Below, in pieces: positions 57,149 through 64,000 of a DNA stretch of 64,000 nt. Under the pieces are notes generated by a model. That model did no database searches. It was given only the letters and a program-made list of their open reading frames with translations, and was not told the DNA's origin. Numbering within the stretch: the first letter of the stretch is position 1; each line of letters opens with the position of its first letter. Location of the stretch: contig NIVC01002173.1 in the NCBI GenBank assembly GCA_002269645.1, positions 26,603 through 90,602 of the forward strand, written 5' to 3'. A program made the translations under genes and the position numbers. Source of the DNA: Macrostomum lignano (Eukaryota).

Positions 57149-59372
57149 TTACACTGCTGCGCCGCTGTAGTTGCATGGGGTCTGGTTTCAAAATAGTCCT
57201 TCTCGGTCGTGACAATGTTTGGGCTACATGTAACGCACATGCGTGTATTGTATCTACTTATTCGTGAGCCTACGTAAGTGTCAATATTTCAACGCAAGAA
57301 AGCGACGACGGCCTAGCAAATTCCCTTTCTGTGCCAGAATCCTTAAGTGCTCGACGAGTTTCCTCAGCCTTAAAGTATTGTTTTCGTTTTAAAAAAATAG
57401 TCACCTAATCTATGCCTCACACGTTACATGCACAGAAAGCGAGACTTGTGATGCCTGGTACATATATTCAAAGTGACTGTCAACTTTTAAGTTTTCGAAG
57501 TCAGTTACATGTATTAATTATCTCTTTATTTGGTGCTTCTCTCTGCCTTTTTACTCGAGCCAGCCAAGTCAAAACCCCAGTCCCTACACTTCTTACCCGC
57601 GGAGTCTTTTCTCTAGCCAACGTGTTTGCCATTGATCTGTCGACTAAAAACCTTTGGCGACAGCTTGCTAATTATTTGTAAACTTAGCTATACGAGTGCG
57701 TAAGTAGTGAGATTTCACGGGTCTGCTTGTCTCTTTTATTAACAAAATCATTGTTGCATACAAAAAGTCCGAATTCAACAAGAGCTTTGTAAATTTTCAT
57801 GCAATTCCAACTCCGATTTTAACCTTAATGTCGAGCTGGTTATGCCTAGAAATTCCCCTTTCAGCTATAATCATGCAGTGAGACTCAGTCGCACATGAAA
57901 CTCTGAGCAGAAGCAGCAAGTTGCTGCTGTTGCATCCTTGCGACGGAAATTGCCCCAACTAAGAAGAAATTGTCTGCTCCCGGTAAAAGGAAGTTTGACT
58001 AAGCAAAAGTGAAAGCAAGTAAAAAACAAAGAAGAGAGCTGAGCAGATCGGCTCCGCATTGTCGAAACCTTTTTGATTGACTGCTTCTAAAAAAGCAAGC
58101 GTAAAAATCGTCTTAGCAAAAAATAGATTTAAACTGGGCTGTCTTTTGAAAGACACTGGTCTTTCAACCCAATCAATCTTTGTTGCGAGAGGCGCCTGCG
58201 AGAGTAAGCTGAAAATTAATATTCTAAAAACTTTTGGGTTCCAACTTTTGACTTTTAGCTTCGTTATCTAGGCAGGATGGTGCTTCATCTTGGTCGTCTC
58301 ATATGCAAGCAAAGCAAATCTTAGGCAAGTGATGTGAAGCATGAGTTGTAGTTTACCACCCAGCTCCTAGTCAGGAACCACTGCATATCAGACTATCCCT
58401 GTTTTTATTGCAGCACATGATAGTAATAAGGAGAACAGAAAAATATTTGCGAATCATTCGTGATCATTTTTGAAGGACTTCCAAATTGTCAAGGCGTCAC
58501 GTTTTTGGATAATTTACGATTCTTCTCTTTAAAAGACTGCCAAAAAACAGAGGGTGTCACGGTGAATATTCCAAAGCATTGAAGCTTAGCAAAGTCAGCT
58601 GACGCGATCTTTTGATTCTGTCACGAATCGTGAAAATGTTGTTGCTTAAATTGAATAATAAATAATGCTTCAATTTTCGACTTTCCGAGTTTCATTTTAC
58701 CTACTACTTCCTTTTCCTATTTGCACGTCTCAAGGTTAGCAGCCGCACCCGGCAACGACCTGCCTATCAAAGTGGGTTCTGACCAGTAAGTTACATTGTA
58801 GGTGCCTGCTTCAGTGAAGAAGCAAATCTAACCCGCCACATTAGTTCAACGAAGCCGGGAGACGTCACCTCTCGGCTACTCGGTAAGGATGGACGAGCTG
58901 ACAATCTCGTGACATTCGCGGATTTGTTCGAGACTCCGACGAGATGAAGATCGCAGACGCCAGCTCTTCTTCTGCTGCTGCTTTTTGGGGTTGCAATGCC
59001 AATAGAGGACTCGTGGCGGAGTCCCGCCCCCGTCAGTAGTAAATACATGTATGTAATGTGTCACATTCTCAGCCAGCTACATACCAGCTACTTACATAAT
59101 TTTGTTTTTATGCTTGCTTTGTTGCTTCATTTCGTGTTGGATTCGATTTATTTTGCCACACGATAAAAACAGTTTGCTCGCCTAAAATTTTGCGTGAAAA
59201 TGTCCTAGAATTGTGGGAATTATCCATGGGACGATTGCGTAATCTAAAGAAATACGGTTCCCTTCAAATCCTGATCTACATTGGCTTTAACGTACGCATA
59301 TTTTCTGCTCAAAAATTCATTCAATTTTGACTTTGCTCAAAAGTTTTTAATATTTTTGTCTCCGATTTTTTT

Positions 59373-60949
59373 CTAGGAGTTGCACAGGTTGCGAAGGCTG
59401 TCGAACTGAGACTTGCTGAGCGAGGCGTTCGCGAATCCCCAGCACTGCAGCCAGCCGCTGTAGTAGGGAGGGCTCGAGCCGAAGCAGTTGCCGATGCGGA
59501 GGCAGTCGTAGTATTGGCTGGCGACCGGACTGCCGCCATTTCTATTCGGTGTTTCTGTGTTGTGCAGGCTTCCATTCATGTACCACTTGTTCGCGTAGTT
59601 CAAGGCGGCTCCATCGAAGCTCACTCCCACCGAGTTGCGTCTCTGATTGCTGTCGTTTGGAATGACTGTCTGAGAGTTCACATAAGCATAGAGATCAGAA
59701 CCGTCCACGAAGTATGTTCTTGCGTAAACTCCGCCATTGTTATTGGTGCTCAAGTAGCTCACAGTCGAGCTCGAAGAGCAGCTGCTGAACGAGCTCAGGC
59801 AATTGCCCCTGCGCGCGGTAAAAAAATACCAATAAGAATATGCATAGTTCCTCAACATCGAAAGCAGATTATTCCCAAACTCAATATGAGTGTTCTTACG
59901 CGCCGTTGATCGCGAAAGTTCCTTGAAAGAAGAAGCTGAAATCTTTTCCGACTTTGAAATTATTAAAATAGTTCGGCGTGCTAATTTCGATATAAGAGCC
60001 AGACGCGCCATTTAAACGAACTCCGCTAGCTGAGTTCTGCTCGGCCACGCCAACCGGACTGGCTTGGTGGCTGATCGGGTCAACCAGGTTTGTGTAGCCC
60101 TTCTTGAAGTCGTACCAAAGCATCATGTTTGAAGCGAAGCCAAGAGCCGCAATGCTGGATGTAGGAGCCACAGTGGTGGTGCTTGACTGAATGGTGGTCG
60201 GCGATCCAGTTATTGTTAGAGGGTTGGGTGAGCTGGTTTGCATAGTAGGCGGAGCTGGACCATCTGTGGGAAGTTCAATTAGCTCTACATAGTGCGAGAC
60301 ATTGGAATTAAGCCTAGGGGTGTAGCCTTGTGGTTAGAGCGTCGGACTTACGACTGAAAGGTCGGGGTTCGATTCTCGATCTACTCGGAACAATTTGTGT
60401 CCTTGAGCAAGACACTTAACTCTGCATTGCTTCAGTTCACCCAGCTGTAAAATGGGTGCCAGCATTAACTGGGGTAATTGAGGATGTGTGTGGCGACGTC
60501 CCAGTCCTTGGACTGAACAGCCTTCAGATGTGCCGCGCAATAGCTGCGGCTGAGCTGTCGGTTGCACATCTGCCCATTAGGGCAGCTGTAATCAACTATT
60601 ATTATTATTGAGCAAACAAGGTTTATGGAGCATAGCTCTTACTGCAATTATCCGCACGCTTAAGTCGCGCAATCATCTCGGGTCCGCAGCTCCCGGCCGA
60701 GACGTCGGACAGGGTGTAGCAGGCCTTGCTGTCCCTCAGGTACACAGAAAGCTGGCACCCAGGGTCCAGGGTGCAGCGAAACAGGCACTCGGTCTCCACG
60801 GCCGCAGTCACAGACTCCAGGCCAGCCAGTGCAGAGGGGCAGCTGCTGGTCGTCAGCTCAAAAATCGCGGAGCCCTGCGGGCACGCTGATGATGAACCGC
60901 ACAGTAGCGAAAGCATGCCGATCAGCGCGGCAAAAGATGCTGAGATCAT
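59373..60949 (-). CDS. Second secreted PAN-like + Ser/Thr linker + LamG-like protein, paralog of 39583-40679. Exons 60949-60643, 60263-59900, 59808-59373.
   Basis: Signal peptide and VETECLFRCTLDPGCQLSVY...ACY. Shares LWYDFKKG, DFSFFFQG and GWLQCW...LSKSQF..L..LCN with the paralog, and has a phase-2 intron at the equivalent position. Confidence 0.7.
60317..60609 (+). mobile_element. tRNA-derived SINE with a CORE (MIR-like) central domain and an (ATT)n tail, inside intron 1 of the minus-strand PAN/LamG gene
   Basis: A-box-like tagccttgtgg and B-box ggttcgattc. 60394-60456 aligns ungapped at about 75% to the MIR CORE consensus as I recall it. Ends in tattattattatt. Confidence 0.7.
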
Positions 60950-61377
60950 GACTAAAAGTTACGTTGCAAATATTTAGCATCAGGATTAAAGCAAGATTGT
61001 TGCGACTTGTCTTGCAAGGTGCATATATTATATAAAGTTCAGCAAGCACCAATGAGAGTAGAGAAAAGACACGAGCTCAGTTGGCTCTGCTTCAAACTCA
61101 TTTCTAATTCGATGAAATCGTTGTTGAAAGCGAGATGGCAGCAAACTCTTTGACTCCTCTGATTCAGTTTGCATATGGAAACTGGAAAAATTTTATATGT
61201 GGAAAATTATTCAAAAATGATTCGCGGATGTCAGAGCTGTCGACTGAGCTGAATCAGGGAGGCAGTCGACTCGCAGCCAGAGCGGAGGCAATCAGGGCTA
61301 TTGCTAGTATTATAACAGCACGTACATCTAGTCTACAAAAGACGTCCTTGGAGGCAAGCAGCCGCGCTCTTTCCAGT

Positions 61378-61489
61378 CAGTAGCTGTTCTTACTTGAATG
61401 TTCTTATTACAGAATCTTCTTACAGTAGCTGTTCTTACTTGAATGTTCTTATTACAGAATCTTCTTACAGTAGATGTTCTTACTTGAAC
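61378..61489. repeat. 45-bp tandem repeat, about 2.5 copies
   Basis: cagtagctgttcttacttgaatgttcttattacagaatcttctta at 61378 and 61423. Confidence 0.85.
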
Positions 61490-62049
61490 ATCAGCACACT
61501 CTGTGCCTGTGGGACCGACCCAAAAGCTGAAGACCAGGGGGTACGGAAATGAAATCGCAGCGCATTTTTTCACGAAAGAACAACTCTGCTTTTGTCATTG
61601 AATATTGTTACAGTCTGGATGGGTGGCGATTCGAAGAATTTTAAGTGGATGGTAAAATCTTTTCGATCAATATCGATTCTCGACGACAAGAGAAAGACTC
61701 AATGGGCCTAGAAAGAATTCATGGACCGAGTCTGATGGTGTTGGCTGATCAGGCCCTGCTTTCCACCCATCAAGCATCGCCCGCTCTCCCGTGTGATCTC
61801 CGCTTCTCTCCATAACGGGAGGCGGAAATACGAGCTAGTGAGGGAGAGTTTAGTAAGGCTGATGAACAGATTGTGGGTTGGTTGGTTGTTTTCTTGTAAA
61901 GAATTGAGGAGATATGCAGGTTTTTGGGGTTGTAAAATATTGAGAGTGCAGGTGGTTCTGGTTGATGGATAGGTTTGCTGGTTTGGGAAGAAAGAAATAA
62001 TAAAAATGTTAGCATACGGAAAGAAGGTAAATAACTTGATTAGTAAATG

Positions 62050-62305
62050 TACTGCCGGGTGTGCTGCCGGGTTTGCTGCCATGTGTGCTGCCGTGTGTGC
62101 TGCCGTGTGTGCTGCCGTGTGTGCTGCCGTGTGTGCTGCCGTGTGTGCTGCCGTGTGTGCTGCCGTGTGTGCTGCCGTGTGTGCTGCCGTGTGTGCTGCC
62201 GTGTGTGCTGCCGTGTGTGCTGCCGTGTGTGCTGCCGTGTGTGCTGCCGTGTGTGCTGCCGTGTGTGCTGCCGGATGTGCTGCCGGTGTGCTGCCGGGTG
62301 TGCTT
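62050..62305. repeat. 12-bp minisatellite (tgctgccgtgtg), about 20 copies
   Basis: Direct tandem periodicity. Confidence 0.95.
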
Positions 62306-62379
62306 GCTGTTCGCCAAGCTGGGAGGCGGCTGCAAATGGACAAAAGCTCGATCTGTCCAATGGCTTCCTGCAGCTTCCG

Positions 62380-63330
62380 CTCGCCGAGGACAGCAAAGCC
62401 TTCGCCAATACCAACACTCCCAAGGTACTTCCTTGATGCCTTCTGGCATCAAGTGCGTTACAGTGATTTTTCAACAGACTCTGGAAACTCTGCTAAGAGA
62501 TCTCGACTCTGTCCAGGTGTTTGTCGACGACATTCTGGTCACGGACGGCAAGACGATGCAGCAACATATGAAACACCTGGAAGAAGTTCTTCAGCGCCTC
62601 CTTGAGTCGGGACTCAGACTGAACAAGCAAAAGAGCCTGTTATTCATGGAATATTTGAGATACCGCATGTGGACTCAGCCCGCTAACGCACAGGGTGGCC
62701 GCAATTCAAGACGCCCCAGCGCCGAAGGACGTCAGCTAGCTGCTCTCGTTCCTCGCATGCCGGTTCCTGCCGCTCGATCAGCTGCTGGCTAAGGACGCGG
62801 GACAAGCCGCAGCAAACTACCTTCAGTGAGACTAAGCTGCTGCTGCTCCAATCACCGGTGCTGGTGCACTGCAATCCGGATCTTCCGCTGCGGCTCGAGT
62901 GTGACGCTTCACGGGACACGAAGTGGGCGTGGTGTTGTCCCATCTTCAAATGAGTTCGCTGAGTTCGTCAGGTCCAACGGAATCCGGCACATCTTCTCGA
63001 CGCCATTCCACACGGCAAGCAACGGCCAGGCCGAGCGCTTCGCCCAGTTGCTGAAGCGGCATCTGAGTAAGTGCGGTCACTCCGACGAGCAACTTCAAAG
63101 ACTGCTGATGGCCTACCGCAAGACTCCGCAAAGCGTCAGAGGCACCGCGCCCAGCCAGCTGGTCATTGGCCGCCAGCTGCGCAGCCGGCTGGGTCTCCTG
63201 ACACAGTCTCAGGAGCAACAGCGGCCAGTGTACCAGTTCCAGGCTGGAGATTGCGTGCTCTACCGCGATTTCAGATCTGCTGCTCGTACAGGAGAAAGCA
63301 GTCGCTGGTCGAAAGGTTTCATCGTCAATG
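62380..63330 (+). mobile_element. Degenerate Ty3/Gypsy LTR-retrotransposon pol remnant (RT, RNase H and integrase fragments)
   Basis: RT: MPSGIK...FQQTLETLLRDLDSVQVFVDDILVT...HLEEVLQRLLESGLRLNKQK. RNase H-like: PVLVHCNPDLPLRLECDAS. Integrase: EFAEFVRSNGIRHIFSTPFHTASNGQAERF...LMAYRKTPQ...PSQLVIGRQLRS. Frameshifts and large deletions separate the fragments. Confidence 0.85.
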
Positions 63331-64000
63331 CCAGCGCTCGCAACTGGCAGAATCGATTGACCGAATCGATCAGCCGCACAGCTCCGGTTGAGGGCTGCGC
63401 GGCAACTGACGCTGGCGGCACGTCGGCCTCGCAGCCTCTGCTGACGAGACACCCCGGCGCTACCTGACTCGAGTTCGAGCACCACCTGACAGAATGGTGT
63501 AGCGGTGATGGCGTTAACTAATACACGCGATACGGCATGGTGACACGATTAACTTTGCAATAGGTTGCGTACACTGAATTGTTCTCTAGCCAGTGACGAT
63601 TGCTATCGCTATCGACCGGCTTAGGGACTTGAATGAACTTGAATTCAACCCCACCCATGCGCACTGTTCTGCACACCACCTCTCTGCAAAATAATAAACA
63701 GAGTCAGCCAAGCTCTCATGCGAGCACCTTCCTTCTCACTGCTTCCTTCTCACTCGTGAAAATGAAGTAAGCTGTAACAGAAGCCCTGTATGAAAAGAAA
63801 ATAACAAAAATTCATTGACTTCACATTGAGTTCACAGCAAAGTTTCCCTGAAAGAAAATGCTGAACTTCCGGCTTAGACGAAGGTTGATAGAGAAGCCAG
63901 CTGTGTTAGCAGCGACGTAGGAACGATGTTGACCGGCTCAGCGGGTACAGCGATTCGTTGGCCAGGTTCTTGAAGCCTTTCTTAAAGTTGTACCAGATTA

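Noticed and set aside
57850-58620. Coding-like Lys-rich and ...GVTFLDNL... fragments
   Set aside because: Multiple stops and no motif I can assign with confidence. Possibly a LINE relic; needs a tBLASTx or Dfam search.
60317-60390. Third tRNA gene
   Set aside because: A and B boxes are present but there is no acceptor-stem pairing, and it runs into a CORE-like segment and tail. It is a SINE head.
13448-62474. Long repetitive ORFs in the track (TRTHLSDSPLG, AAQSGYGH, HKPEDSTPSVTLTC, SGNEFV, SETA, LLDRHNLH, PVPDHQLQ, KAPGT, IKPESSQNQAR, AAVC and others)
   Set aside because: They are translations of minisatellites, are open in several frames or strands at once, and mostly lie in introns of recognisable genes.

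Overview
Eukaryotic (metazoan) genomic DNA with GC-rich exons, GT-AG introns and introns packed with unrelated minisatellites. The style resembles Macrostomum-type flatworm genomes, but that is an inference I cannot confirm here. Genes reconstructed by hand from splice sites and reading phase, in order: AP-2 mu subunit (-, 3' end off-window); a complete 9-exon discs-large MAGUK (+, 8586-30820) with candidate alternative exons; an ATG16L-like coiled-coil/WD40 gene (-); a secreted PAN-like + LamG-like gene (+) flanked by two near-identical tRNA-Ala(TGC) cassettes; a divergent transmembrane adenylyl cyclase (-); a 4-EF-hand calmodulin-like gene with a His/Lys tail (+); a Vav-like CH-DH-PH-C1-SH2 GEF without SH3 domains (+); and a second PAN/LamG paralog (-) carrying a CORE-type SINE in intron 1. 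A decayed Gypsy pol fragment ends the window. There are more than 20 tandem arrays, several MITE/foldback elements and a CpG-depleted intergenic block. There is no CRISPR array or prokaryotic system. Most ORFs in the supplied track are repeat-derived or antisense shadows. All coordinates and counts were read by eye.
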